Assembly: GCA_044892525.1 (NCBI GenBank)
Contig: CM097888.1
Span: 38,068,001-38,132,000 of the forward strand
DNA from: Schmidtea polychroa
Lineage: Eukaryota
Length of the DNA stretch: 64,000 bases
Direction: 5' to 3'
Under the pieces are notes generated by a model. That model was given only the letters and a program-made list of their open reading frames with translations. It had not been told where the DNA came from and did no database searches. Positions 14,301-25,460 of this stretch are shown here, piece by piece. Position numbers and translations under genes: made by a program. Position 1 is the stretch's first letter. Each line of letters begins with the position of its first letter.

Positions 14301-17300
14301 TTTTTCAGTATTATAATATTCAAATTCACTTACCTATAAAATTCAAATTTCTTTTCAAAGTGTGAAAATGAAAATTAACTGCCAATATTTTTATGTGGCG
14401 CTGAGACAACAAAACTTACTTATCTAACTTTTGAAATAATACATATAAAGAGAGGATTTAAAAATTAATAAAAATACATAAATTTTAAATTAAGTAACAT
14501 TAATTCACTAAAATTGAAAGATTCAAAGAACAGAAAGCAAATTTCAATGCCTGAAAATATGTATAAAAACAAAAAAAAATTCGTCAAAATTAATTTCGTT
14601 AATTGTTTTGGAGACGCCTTTTCTTTTAAAAAAAGGAAAAAATTATGTTTAAAAAATTAAAAACTAAAAAAAATAAAATTTCATATTGTAAAAAAATTAA
14701 ATTTCATATCATCTTGTAGGCGCCTTTTAATTTTCGGCGCCTGCGTGCATTGCACACTTCGAACNNNNNNNNNNNNNNNNNNNNNNNNNNNNNNNNNNNN
14801 NNNNNNNNNNNNNNNNNNNNNNNNNNNNNNNNNNNNNNNNNNNNNNNNNNNNNNNNNNNNNNNNNNNNNNNNNNNNNNNNNNNNNNNNNNNNNNNNNNNN
14901 NNNNNNNNNNNNNNNNNNNNNNNNNNNNNNNNNNNNNNNNNNNNNNNNNNNNNNNAACAGCGGCACAATACCCAGTTTTATTTTTCGATAAACAATTTTC
15001 AGGACGAAAAGTTTTAAATGCACAAATGAATGGAAACATATTTATAATTTAAATACTAAAAATAGATATTGCAAAAATAAAATGATTGCCAATTTAAAAA
15101 AAACATGACGACTCACATATCGAAATCTAAATTGGCGATAACATCTGTTTCTAATTGATCAATATTATTCCGTGGAACATTTTCACCTCCCCATTCTATA
15201 AATGTTTAAAGATTACATATGGGAAATACATTCAATCTACAAAATTTCTTTAAGATATTCTACTAATAACAAATATTGTAAAATTTTAAACGTAATCACT
15301 GTAATAGCATAATTTGATATCTAATCTTAAATATCCACATATTCCAATAATATTTGTCTGAAGTGATTTTTGAAAAAAAAATCATAAAATAAATAATATC
15401 TACATATATAGTGGTAGTTATTTTAGTTTTTGCAATTTTCCACTTCTGATGTCAAAAAACCTTAAAATTTTTTTAGACAAACTAATATTTGCTATATCAT
15501 TTATTTCCATTATTTTTTGTTATGATGAAAATAAATTAAATATTAAAAGAAAACAGATAAAATATGAGTCAGAAAATCAAAGGAGTTTACTAATAACTAA
15601 TATTTGAATAAATTTGAAAGAAAGGGTTTCCATTCTTTTACGTACAAATATAGCTGGAACTTAGAAATTGAAACAATTCTAGGAACTGAGGATTAATGAA
15701 CATATTATGCAGAATTAGATATCTGGGCTTTTAACACAACTCAAAAAAATCCAAATTTAATCATGTTATCCGTTGCTAAGTAACCATGAAAACGTAGATC
15801 AGTATGAAATCATATTTTAAAGTCAAGGTCATTTGGATATAATTTTAGGGCCAAAAAGGTCGATTTTAGGTCAACTTCAGGTTATGTACTGATAAGAATA
15901 TATTAATTCTCTTGTTAATAATTTTAGAAGCAATTTTCGGCAAATTTGCGAACAGATCTTGATACAACTTGGTAGTAATTAAATGTGACTCATGGGCAAT
16001 AACTGCGCTGACAATAATTATGGTTTTAATAAAAAGTCGACTATAGCAATTATTGATATTTACATGATTTCTGACTATATGAAAATTTTAAATATTTAAC
16101 CTTTTCGTTACGTTTGGATTTAGGAGTGATGCGGAAGAAATTTATTGACAAACAGTTATTGCCTTCCATTTTTATTCACAAAATTTGACTTATTTATTTG
16201 TAATTATTTATATATTAATGTATTTATTTATTGATATATTTATTCATTGATATATTGATATATTTATTCATTGATATATTTATTTATTAATATATTGTTA
16301 TATTTGTAATTTTTCGAATTATTGGAAAATTTCGTATTTACAATTTCCAGGAACATATCGATAACATCACAGCCAACCGAGTGAAAAGTATGCTCAATGA
16401 AAGGCAATAATATGATTCATTTTACGGGTCACGCAACGAAAGGGTTAAATTAAAAACTAAAAATATTAATTTATTTCAAAATTTGATTACATAACAGTAT
16501 TGATATACGCACTTTACAACTCACAAGTTAAACTGCAAATTTTATAAATACATTACTAGTTTAGTTACTCGGAAGAACTTCAGCACCCTCGGGATCCAGG
16601 GTAATCCGCACTCACAAAACCCTTCCATACTTTTGATACATCTTCATGTAATTAATTAATCAGCTTACCTTCACCGAATTCCTCTTTCAATGATAACTCA
16701 TTCATAACATGCACTTGATTGTGCAAGAAATTACCTAACCTAGAATCAACCTGAAATATATTTTTAAAATTATTAATAAAAAAACTCTTGTTTCACTTCA
16801 TCTAAAGATTTTTCCTCCGTGGAACAATTAACAGACGCTTCAACACTTTTATTATATTTATCGGGCTTAGATTTGTTAATTAATTGGGGACTCTGATTTC
16901 CGGATGAAACATCTTCAGCTGTACATTGACTGTTTATGTTACGATGTTTGGAGTCAGCCTTGCTTCTTAATAATTCGGAATGCCTTTGCTGTAAGTTATT
17001 ATATTCCTTTCGCATTTCGGACTCCTTTTCTTCATGTCTTGAAACTAAAATTGGCAACCAACAATTCATTCCTTATTTTCTTTCAATTTTTTTATTAATA
17101 AAAATTTAAAACATAAAAATACTGTAATAGAAAAAAGATTTATGACAAATATGAGAGAAAGTCTGAAAAATTACGGTTTGTTGGCTGAAATATTAATTTT
17201 AATGATTTGTAAATTTTGATTTATGAACAGCAGTTTTATAATAGAATCACTGAACTAATTACTCGGACGGTTCTTGAAATATTTTTGTCATATTTAAACG

Positions 17301-19144
17301 ATTGTGCCTATATCATTAAAATTTCTATAAAAACTTTTCCATATTAAAAAATGGAACTGCTCTCCAAATAATTTATTTTTAAAGTCTGAAATTATAAATT
17401 TATATGCAATTATTTTAAAATCTGCGACGGGACGGATAGAACCTGCTCTATACAAATATAAGAATTATTAATGTAAGCGTCGAGTCAAAAATAATTAAAT
17501 GAAAAAAAACTGGCAAATCAATTCTAATTTAAAAACTAAGTAGTTAATTTATTGATTTTCCCACTTATTTTAATCGCTCAATTTATTAATTGTCAAATAA
17601 ATTTTCATTTTGTTTTTTGAACAGGAATAATACGAAATTGTACAAATTATTGACATTTACCGAATACAATAAATGCTGTTTAATATTAGCTATTTTTTAA
17701 TTAAATGTTAGGAAATCATTACTTTGGTTGATAGATATGGTTTTATAATTTTTGGGAATTTTAAATATTTAAAACATAAAAATAAGGTTTTAAATTTTTT
17801 TTTAAATATTCCATTTATAAAAATATCGTTTGAAATTGAAAAAAAGTTCTATAAAAAAATTAAAAATTTATTCAGAAATAAAAACTAAAATGAAAGAAAT
17901 ATTGCAATGCCCAAGAATAGTAAGTTTAAAATTGTTTTACTGAATTTTTATGAATGTTTAACTTTTAATTTTAATCACACCTATATCTGATGATATCGAA
18001 ATTACAGTCACTAAAATTTGTTGGAATACTGAAAATTAATGAAGATTCAATTTTGATTGAAATTAATAATTGTAACTGATAATATTATTCATCTATTTTT
18101 TCTTTATTTAAAAGATTTTCACATTTCATATTATTGTTTTAGTATCCATAGAAATACCAAAAAAAAATTAATTCAAGTTTAACAAGAATCGCTATGTATT
18201 CGGTGAATTTTATAATCGGTATTAAAGTATGCTTTCATGTATGCAGCAGCAGCTTTATCCTACACTTTTTACAGTTTTATTTCATACGATCAATAAAATA
18301 TTTTTCAAGTAAAAAATAATATCGAAAATTTGTATAGGATAAAAAACATAATACTTAATTAATTACAATAAAATATATAGAGTAAATTGTAAATCATATA
18401 TTTTAATTGAGTAAAAATAGTCAACTTTTGATATAAATTATAATCGAAAAGAACTTTCAATTTAATCTAAATAATATCAACTACCATAATCTTTCCAACT
18501 GAATATCTTTCTCTTTTTGTTTTTGTTGATCTTTAAAAAAACTATTTGTCTGATGATGAATTTCAAAATGTTTTATACGAAGCCAAAGAATTAGGAAAAG
18601 AAATAGAATAAAAAACTATGTTTTCTCCAATCAGTAATTCGATAATGCAAAAAGAAAAGAATGTTTGATTATGAAAACGAAGACGAATCTATTCAAAAAT
18701 TGGAAACCACTTTTTGAACATTTTGGAAACAAGTTTAAATTATTTAAATGACAAATTTGAACTATTGAAAAAATACAACGATAATTTTGGGTTTCTTAGT
18801 GACATCACATTTTATCAAACTTTCCGAAAGAAACATGAATGCAAAATTGTCTAGATCTACAAAATAAATCATCTAATGACACCAGAAAAGAAACTGATAT
18901 AAATGTCCTAATTTATTCGATAAATTATACACTAAAAAAGATTATTTAAAACTATAAATGACGAGTTTATATATTTTGCAATCAATTTTTCAACTATATT
19001 ATATAATTTGTAAATGGCTTTAAGCTTTTTTTCAACAATATTAGTAAAGAATGATTCTGAAGATCATTTTCAAAATTAAAGTTAATATTAAATCACTTAT
19101 GATCGAGTATATCAAAAGAAGGATTAAAAAAATTTTCAAAATAC

Positions 19145-19196
<52 letters not shown>

Positions 19197-22100
19197 TATA
19201 TAAAAATTAAATATATAGAATTTAGATATGGAATATCATAAAATAACAGTCAGAATGTCGGAAAATAAGAAAAATATAATAATTCGAAATATATTTAAAA
19301 ACCGATATTATATAGTTTTGAATCGTGATCGTTGGAATCTGAATTAAGAACTTCGTTTCGTATTTGTTCCATTTCCTCGACTGAGATTGAAAAAGCAAAA
19401 AAGCCACCATAATCGATATTGGTCCAAAAAACTATGATTGTCTTTTTATCAAACTTCAAAAGCGAACTGATATTTTCATTAGGTTAACTTTGAAATATAA
19501 TTTTGAAAATTAATTTAACAAAGAAATATAATTTGATGCAATTATGGATTGAATGTTGAGGTAAAGAGGTATGATGTTCCACAAATTGTTGCGATTCCAG
19601 ATTTTTGATTACATTTTTAATTTTCTTTTGATCAGTTGAAAAAACAATGTGGCGAGAAAGTGTGAATATTTAAACAACTTAATTTTTGTTTAATACATCA
19701 ATAATGCATTTGTAAGTTTAATTTAAATAATTAAATAACTTAATAAAATTAAATGTGCATTTCAGGCATTACACAGAAAAATACTTTAGTAAATGAATAA
19801 AAATATTATTTTATAGTTTTCTTGATTTTGATTAGTGTACAGTATAATAAAATGATTTATAACGCGATATTATACTTCGCTGAAAGAAAAAAAAATACAT
19901 AAAAGGCCGTTCTGTGGGTTTTCAGCGCCTAGGTACAATTCCATTATAACACATTAAGAGGAATTTATATTAATTTTAAAAACCATATAAATCTGATTTC
20001 AATAGTAAATAAAATTAATTCTGGAAAAGTATCACAGGGGATGAATAAATTTATTTTAAAACCCATAAAAAGAAGTGTCAATTATCGAATTTTTATGAAT
20101 TAATTTTTTATTCAATTCTTTAAAGGTTTTATTTATCCAGCAAAATAGCTATTGAATATGACATTTATCGAGGATTGACTGTATTTTACTATGGAGATCT
20201 GAATAATTGATTATTAATTAACAAAAAAGAATAAAATTGGATATGAATGTAAATTTTTGATAAATAATTACGGAAAGTCCAGAATAGTTTTTGAAATTCA
20301 TTTGAAGATTTCAATAACTATTATATTTTGAAGTAATTAATTTTTTGTTGTTATAATACAATAAAAGTAGATCATATTAATTAAAAAGACATTTGTTATT
20401 ATCCTATATGACGGTGTATAGACCATATCAATGTAACCTCAACATTTAAGAATTTGAAACATACATCCTTATAGAATCCGCAACTGTTATTTTATTATTT
20501 TATCGTATAAATATGGTATAAGAATGGTTTTAAGAAGGGTGATATTTGTAACTATGTAAATGTGGATCCTTTTTTTGGGGGAAGGGGGAATGTGAGAGTA
20601 GTTGATGATTAGAAAATCATTATGCACTTTTAAAATTTTATAATTGATAAAGCATTATATCATATTATTTTTTAAGTAAAAAATGCCAAATATAAGCCGT
20701 ACCCCAAAATTTTTTAACAAATGAACTTTATATTTGGATTGTATAATCCGATGCCAATACACTGTAAATTAAAGTAATTTATTTTAAATTCATACCTGGC
20801 GTTTCACATTCAGATACACATTCACGATGCCAATACACTGTAAATTAAAGTAATTTATTTTAAATTCATACCTGGCGTTTCACATTCAGATACACAGAGA
20901 AGATATCAAATTTGTGTTGAAAGTGTCAAGAAAGTTAGTCAATCGATCCGTCACCTATAAAATGGGAAAATGAATCACTGGATGTTCAGATGAACTGGAA
21001 AACATTAGCGATGAACATCACGCATTACAACTGGAGCAAGTAGATGCTCAAAACATTGGAAAGAACCTTGAAGAAGTGTTTTGGGGGAGAGGACTCCTAT
21101 TTTGTCTGCTTGCAGATAATTGAGCAAGTTTCCCCTGGGATGTTCTCACTAAACTGTGTCACAAAAGGAATATTAAGATAACATACAGGTGTGTATACAA
21201 ACACACCAGTAATGGAATAATTGAAAGAAACGACCTCGGATCCTCGTGACATTTAATTCTGATACAATGTTGTTCCCAGAGATGGCAGTGTTCAATGTGC
21301 ATCTCCTGTAGAGCAAACGTTTCGCTACCACTGAAGATTATTGCGGGAAGATATTATGGTCGAACAGGTAAACAAAAATTTCGAAATGGAAAGTTTTTGT
21401 AAAGCCAAATTTAGGAAGATGCACCACTCATGGCCCAAAGGAATTGTGACCGGATTTAATTCAGCTAACAGTGTGGGAATCGATGGGATACCCCGCCACA
21501 TAGCCGATATCCGGGCAGTACAACGACAAGGAACCAACAGAGTCATCGAACATTCAGAAAGAGGTCTCGACAGCGAAGACCATACTATAGAGAGAGAGAG
21601 AATAAATCTGTGCGAATTAATAAACAATGAGGGGGAACTAACTTCGCAAACGGTTTCCAAAGCCATTGACTCTTTCCCCTTTAATATTTTTAAAAACATC
21701 GCATTATATTAAACATATAATTTTTATCAAGTTCCAAACCAGAAATTCAAATTAGAATCTTCATCCAAATTAAATAATAAAAATAAGAATAAATATAAAA
21801 ATTCAAATTAATTAATCAACAAAAATTGATAAATAATTAGCCAATTTAAATAAGATATATTATGATAAATCATGAGGTAATAATCATATACTTACTTAAG
21901 TCTCGACAGTTTTTTAACTTCATTTCTCCTAATTTACAAGAAGACTCTAATGTCTCAATTCTATTTTCAAATTGTTGTCTTTCTTCTTCAAAATTATCTT
22001 CTATGCGATTGATTTTCTAAATAAATTTTATTAAATGTTTTCATAATTATAAGAAAAATTAAACCTCTTCTGCGAGTTTCCTAGATAGTTTTTCTCGTTC

Positions 22101-22437
22101 GTATTGAGTATACAGCTGAGTTTGGTCTTCCCTTGTTAAATCTAACTGAAGAGCCAGTTCATCTTTCAATGTATATAACTTATCCATTGTTTCTAACATC
22201 GCTACTACTAATGGCATAATACCATCAACTGTTCCTTCTCCATGTTTTTTTATTAACTTTTCGAATTCTTCATAAACACTATTTGCTAAAATATTAACTC
22301 TGTCTGATACTAAATCTTCCTATAAAATTATAAATTACATATCCACGCAAATAACTTATTACGTCATTTTCAGTTAGACTAAGTGTACTATTCGTAAATA
22401 CCGCTTCATTATTTAATTTTGTAAAGGATTCAGTCAT
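4042..22437 (-). CDS. MAPK8IP3: JNK-interacting protein 3/4-like kinesin/dynein adaptor (Sunday driver/UNC-16 family), multi-exon; 3' end not resolved
   Basis: Manually spliced exons 22437-22363, 22319-22065, 22016-21896, 17044-16797, 16750-16669, 8325-8231, 8177-8120, 6132-6076, 4213-4042, all GT-AG. At least one exon between 16669 and 8325 is missing from the model (phase mismatch). Translation gives the RH1 domain (SDRVNILANSVYEEFEKLI...IMPLVVAMLE...TQYEREK...EEKESEMRKEYNNLQQRHSEL) and leucine zipper II ([48 protein letters not shown]). Symbol marks the family (SPAG9/JIP4 fits equally well). Confidence 0.9.
5360..5830 (+). pseudogene. hAT transposase C-terminal remnant
   Basis: Broken reading GLAYKF*LTLSFTEVAL*EK..LKYVKNR resembles the hAT dimerisation domain (T.P.T...ERSFS.LK..KNRLR). 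Confidence 0.5.
6498..6776. mobile_element. pogo/Tigger-type MITE (about 280 bp)
   Basis: Imperfect TIRs sharing CTCTTATCCGC (left CACTTTGCTATTCTCTTATCCGC, right revcomp CAGTAACTACCTCTCTTATCCGC), flanked by TA at 6496-6497 and 6777-6778. Confidence 0.6.
7230..7600 (-). pseudogene. Tc1/IS630-like transposase remnant (HTH to start of DDE region)
   Basis: ORF 7306-7512 reads ...STIAKYLENIDFTRKRLSIVFNKR, resembling the STI.R.L....TRKR...P..RN motif of IS630/Tc1 transposases; frameshifted on both sides. Confidence 0.45.
8401..8612. repeat. Palindromic pair of PLE leader/pLTR-derived repeat family A, flanked by imperfect direct repeats
   Basis: About 90-bp inverted arms meeting near 8520. Flanking direct repeat TTAAAAGTAGTGT...AACTTTTT at 8374-8400 and 8613-8639. 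Other copies at 8844-8870, 11100-11222 and 49255-49345. Confidence 0.8.
9490..10118 (+). pseudogene. Ser/Gln/Asn/Tyr-rich coding-like segment with one in-frame stop and one frameshift, antisense inside a JIP3 intron
   Basis: The frame of ORF 9642-10007 extends upstream through a single TAG near 9625; a shift in an A-run near 9985 continues it to TGA near 10118. No recognisable domain. Confidence 0.35.
10620..11222 (-). mobile_element. 5' part of a second Penelope-like element lineage (leader plus N-terminal ORF), truncated by a gap
   Basis: Minus-strand translation VFINKSDHIFTKA*ENLLSKGRAFVPPP and ILPSDKTNRLVALDT matches PLE motifs LLSKGL.F.P and I.PADKGN..V.MD. Repeat family A lies directly upstream. 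Confidence 0.7.
11223..11302. repeat. (TA)n microsatellite
   Basis: About 40 uninterrupted AT units. Confidence 0.97.
11744..14272 (-). mobile_element. hAT DNA transposon, ZMYM1-like (Tip100-type) transposase, frameshifted
   Basis: TTF-type zinc finger (RTWLVYS...VFCFCFKIF), DUF4371-like core (AFRGSS, YFSVIVDCTPDASHKEQMS, RGQGYDNGANMRG), SDTRWES, and dimerisation domain (LPVSVAKGERTFSKLKMIKNY..STMGQEKLNGLA) split over ORFs 12884-14272, 12447-12764 and 11744-12061. The upstream terminus probably lies in the gap at 14765-14956. Confidence 0.93.
16100..16444. mobile_element. piggyBac-type MITE (345 bp)
   Basis: TTAA at 16096-16099 and 16445-16448; TIRs CCTTTTCGTTACGT vs CCCTTTCGTTGCGT (revcomp); subterminal TTATTGCCTT inverted pair. 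Confidence 0.75.
16797..17044 (-). CDS. MAPK8IP3: JIP3-like exon 4
   Basis: Phase-1 junction gives ...RDL-ISRHEEKESEMRKEYNNLQQRHSELL, matching JIP3 [25 protein letters not shown]. Confidence 0.85.
18450..19130 (+). pseudogene. Degenerate hAT transposase C-terminal region
   Basis: Broken frames with KRKRMFDYENEDE and a decayed ERSFSKLKLI.N.L....S.E.L-like segment near 19050-19130. Confidence 0.55.
19149..19192. repeat. (TA)n microsatellite
   Basis: About 22 TA units. Confidence 0.95.
20749..20896. repeat. Perfect tandem duplication, period 76 bp
   Basis: CGATGCCAATACACTG...CAGATACACA at 20749-20820 is repeated at 20825-20896. Confidence 0.92.
20900..21640 (+). mobile_element. LTR retrotransposon integrase remnant (same family as 46190-48350)
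   Basis: Decayed W..LA..ITH and N.IIERN motifs, and C-terminal W.KG.VTG.NS.NSV.IDGIPRHIADIR typical of this Gypsy-like clade. Confidence 0.65.
21896..22437 (-). CDS. MAPK8IP3: JIP3-like exons 1-3 (RH1 domain), introns of 43 and 48 nt
   Basis: ATG at 22437; introns 22362-22320 and 22064-22017 keep the frame; not in the ORF track because of the mini-introns. Confidence 0.88.
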
Positions 22438-24204
22438 TAATTGTATAATATAATTATTAAAATAGTTTAGAATAATAATTTTTAATACAAATTATGTTTC
22501 AAAATTGTTTGAACTTCAATTTTATTTGTTACAGTTAAACGAGACTAATAAATATATTTTTAATAATAAAATAATAAATTTGTTTTGTGCCACATTAAAA
22601 GTTTATTCTAAAAAATACGTTACGTTGTATTGATAACAAAATGATAGTTACATATTTATAAATTAGAAACGTAAGTAGATGGTGAATTTTCCAGGGGTTC
22701 TGAAATTTCAAATTCATAAGTATTTGAGAAATTGCATTTATAAAAATATAAATATTCACAGAAAAAAATTATTTAGATTCTTCAATTTAGAAAAGAATTT
22801 TAAGTGTTGGTACGATTGTTTTGTTGTAAAAAGTCTAGGGAATAACAGTCAAATACATGCATTTGTCAAATTTACTTTTGGAACATTGTCCCTATACAGA
22901 AGACTGATCCAACTCTGATTGTATACCTGTACTTCCTATACCAAGCTCTTGTTTTTTGAAGTCAAACATCATCAATACATTTACAGCTGTCAAAGGTACT
23001 TATCAACGTACAGAAATAATTATTCAGAATTGCCATTGTCAGTTGAAACCCATAAGTCTATAGCAACAGGATGCTCACCAAATTGTTTATGTTCTGGGTT
23101 ATTGTCATGGGTTTGTATAGTAACGTCACAGTAACTAAGCCATATTCGAATTGTATATCAAGATGTCCACGAAATACGCGGCTGTATATTCTCAAGAATC
23201 TTTTACACAAGAAACTTATAAACATAAAATCATAAAAATTTTCCTTCATAATATATCGGTTATTTATCAACCATGATAATAACAAGTTCTTTCATTCAAA
23301 TTTATAATAACTTAGGTATTTATCAAAGTTTAAACAAATCAAATATTTTTCTTTTATACACCACCTATACATGATTTGAATTTCCATTAAACATCTCAGA
23401 GTAGCTGGAAGTACAAAACTTAAACTTTATCATCAAATTATTATTACACAAAAATAAAAATTGTTTATCAATTACATTGATATAAAAGCAAATGATGGAT
23501 AGGGTTATTCCAATTTAAAAGAATGTAATGAATTTTAGATAATTTCTGAGTTTTTACATAGTGTTCTGTGACTTTTCATCCACGCAACTGCTGCTACTCT
23601 GCAAATGAGCTGTAAAAATTAATTACTCTCAGAGAAATTCTCACCAACTCATTTAATTCATTCAACTCAATGTTTTCTAAATTAAATTAAATTAATTTAT
23701 TTTTATAATTTTATTTTAAGACTACACCCTGTGTTTAATGACCATAGGTATTGTACGCATATTAGATGCTGCAGCAAATTATAATTGGCCAGACACAATG
23801 TCCCCCGAAAAATTATTTTTTTAAACTTTTAATATTTATTTAGTTTAATTTAAATTTTCATTAATTATTCTATCTATTATATTTTTTCGCTACCATTTTG
23901 TTCTAGCATCAACTGGCCAGTTAAAAGAATTTAAAATTTAATTTATATTTATGCAAATTTAATCTAATTTAACCATTATTTTTTTGAAAAATTATTCTAC
24001 AAATTTTATCAAATTATTTTTATTTTTCGGTTTAATTTGGTGGATTTAATTTAATCTGTGTTGAATGTTTTGAATTTTCTTTTGTATGCAAATTCAGACA
24101 ATAATCATTTCACATCTTTTAGTAATATTTTATTTATTATTATTCTCATTTTCGATAGCGCTTACCTCCTGTTGTTCTATACCATTTTAATATAATACTT
24201 TTAA

Positions 24205-24340
24205 TAACACTTGATAAAGGAAAGACCGAAAATTTCGATGATTATTGGGAACGTGTAATTTGTGAGGCGTTATTGATAAAGTTATTGAATCCAAAAATTA
24301 ATGTGCAGAATGTAGTGAATACTTGTGTTTTAAATGTTTC
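24205..24340 (+). mobile_element. Penelope-like element 3' coding fragment (GIY-YIG end)
   Basis: FDDYWERVICEALLIKLLNPKINVQNVVNTCVLNV is near-identical to the end of ORF 60653-61018. Confidence 0.85.
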
Positions 24341-24344
24341 CGGG

Positions 24345-24715
24345 AGATAATTAATTGCAATTCTCTAGATAATTACCCGCTCAGAAATAATATAAAAAGA
24401 GAGGTCAGAAATCGACAGGCCGCCAGTTGGTCGAAGAAAAAAAAGAGAGGCTCAGAAATCAGGTGATCAGCTATCAGAAAATGAAATCTAATAATTCGAA
24501 AAAAGTTTAAGACTTATACCAGAAAAGGTGATTGCCCCTTGGGTTAGCTACCTTAGCGAGTGAAAATTATCTTGAGCGAAATGTGCAAATACTGACAAGT
24601 TGTAATTTATTGGAAATTAAATAAAATTATTCTGTGTTGGGTTTCGATTTATTTGGTTGAATAAGAACACGAGGAGTTAGAAAGAGAACCGACTTAATAA
24701 AATAAAACCCAACAA
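24345..24715 (+). mobile_element. Probable solo LTR-like sequence
   Basis: GC-richer block with TATAAAA, purine-rich internal repeats (AAAAAGAGAGG.CAGAAATC twice), AATAAA and a ...CCCAACA end; no TSD seen. Confidence 0.35.
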
Positions 24716-25069
24716 ATTATTTATAATAATAGTTGTCATGAGAATGCTGGTTTGCAACTTAGCTATACCGATGTGTCTGTAATAGTATTGGTATACATAA
24801 CGTTGCCAACGCTAATAAGAGTTACAGACATTCAATGATAATTAATATGCTTATAAGTTATAGTAAATAAAGCAAAATTGTCAGTAATTTTAATATTTAA
24901 AATTTATGAATTTATTATTAGTAGAAGTATATTTATAAATAAAATTCATTCAATAAAATCACAGTTTGTAGTATAATATCTTTTTATACAATATCTTACG
25001 GTTTCAAAACATTCTCAAATTCATATAATATTTTTTCAAAATTCAAAAACCCTTTAACATTTCAAGTTT

Positions 25070-25262
25070 TAACGCTGTAAACACAACTTCGATGTGTTAT
25101 TGTGTTTGTGTATGTGAGTGTTGCACCAAGACTTTATAAAATTCATTGTCATCGACAATAATTTTATTCGCAAGTTTCAGTTCGGTAGGATGACTGGAAG
25201 TGGTTAAGTTACCCCTCAATATATTTGCGTGCCACATATATTCAACACCGGCGAAGTTAATA
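25070..25262 (-). mobile_element. Helentron/DINE-like non-autonomous repeat, copy 1
   Basis: Terminus TATTAACTTCGCCG shared with 62732, plus alignable internal blocks (TTAACC.ACTT, CTGAAA, TTGTCGA..ACA.TG). Class inferred from resemblance to HINE ends. Confidence 0.4.
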
Positions 25263-25460
25263 CAAAGGATTTAAAAACTCAATGACTTAAATTATTTTTT
25301 TAAAAAGAAATAGATAACGCAAGAAATTAATGAAACTTCTTTTCATTTTATTAATTCATAGATTTTCAAGATAGAATTTCAAATTTCTTCAATTATTTTA
25401 AATATAAAAGTTACAAATTAAAAAAGTCTTTAGAAAAGATGAAGCATTTTTGTAGATATT

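Noticed and set aside
17980-18015. CTGATGA-TATC-GAAA hammerhead-like string
   Set aside because: Only 4 unpaired nt between the core boxes, no stem I or III partner and no PLE context.
22860-23310. Cys-rich reading on the plus strand ending QNCHCQ, reminiscent of a cystine-knot tail
   Set aside because: Multiple stops, no consistent splice model and no identifiable family.
23540-24200. Several short minus-strand segments bounded by AG and GT that could be micro-exons
   Set aside because: Could not be joined into a convincing reading frame.
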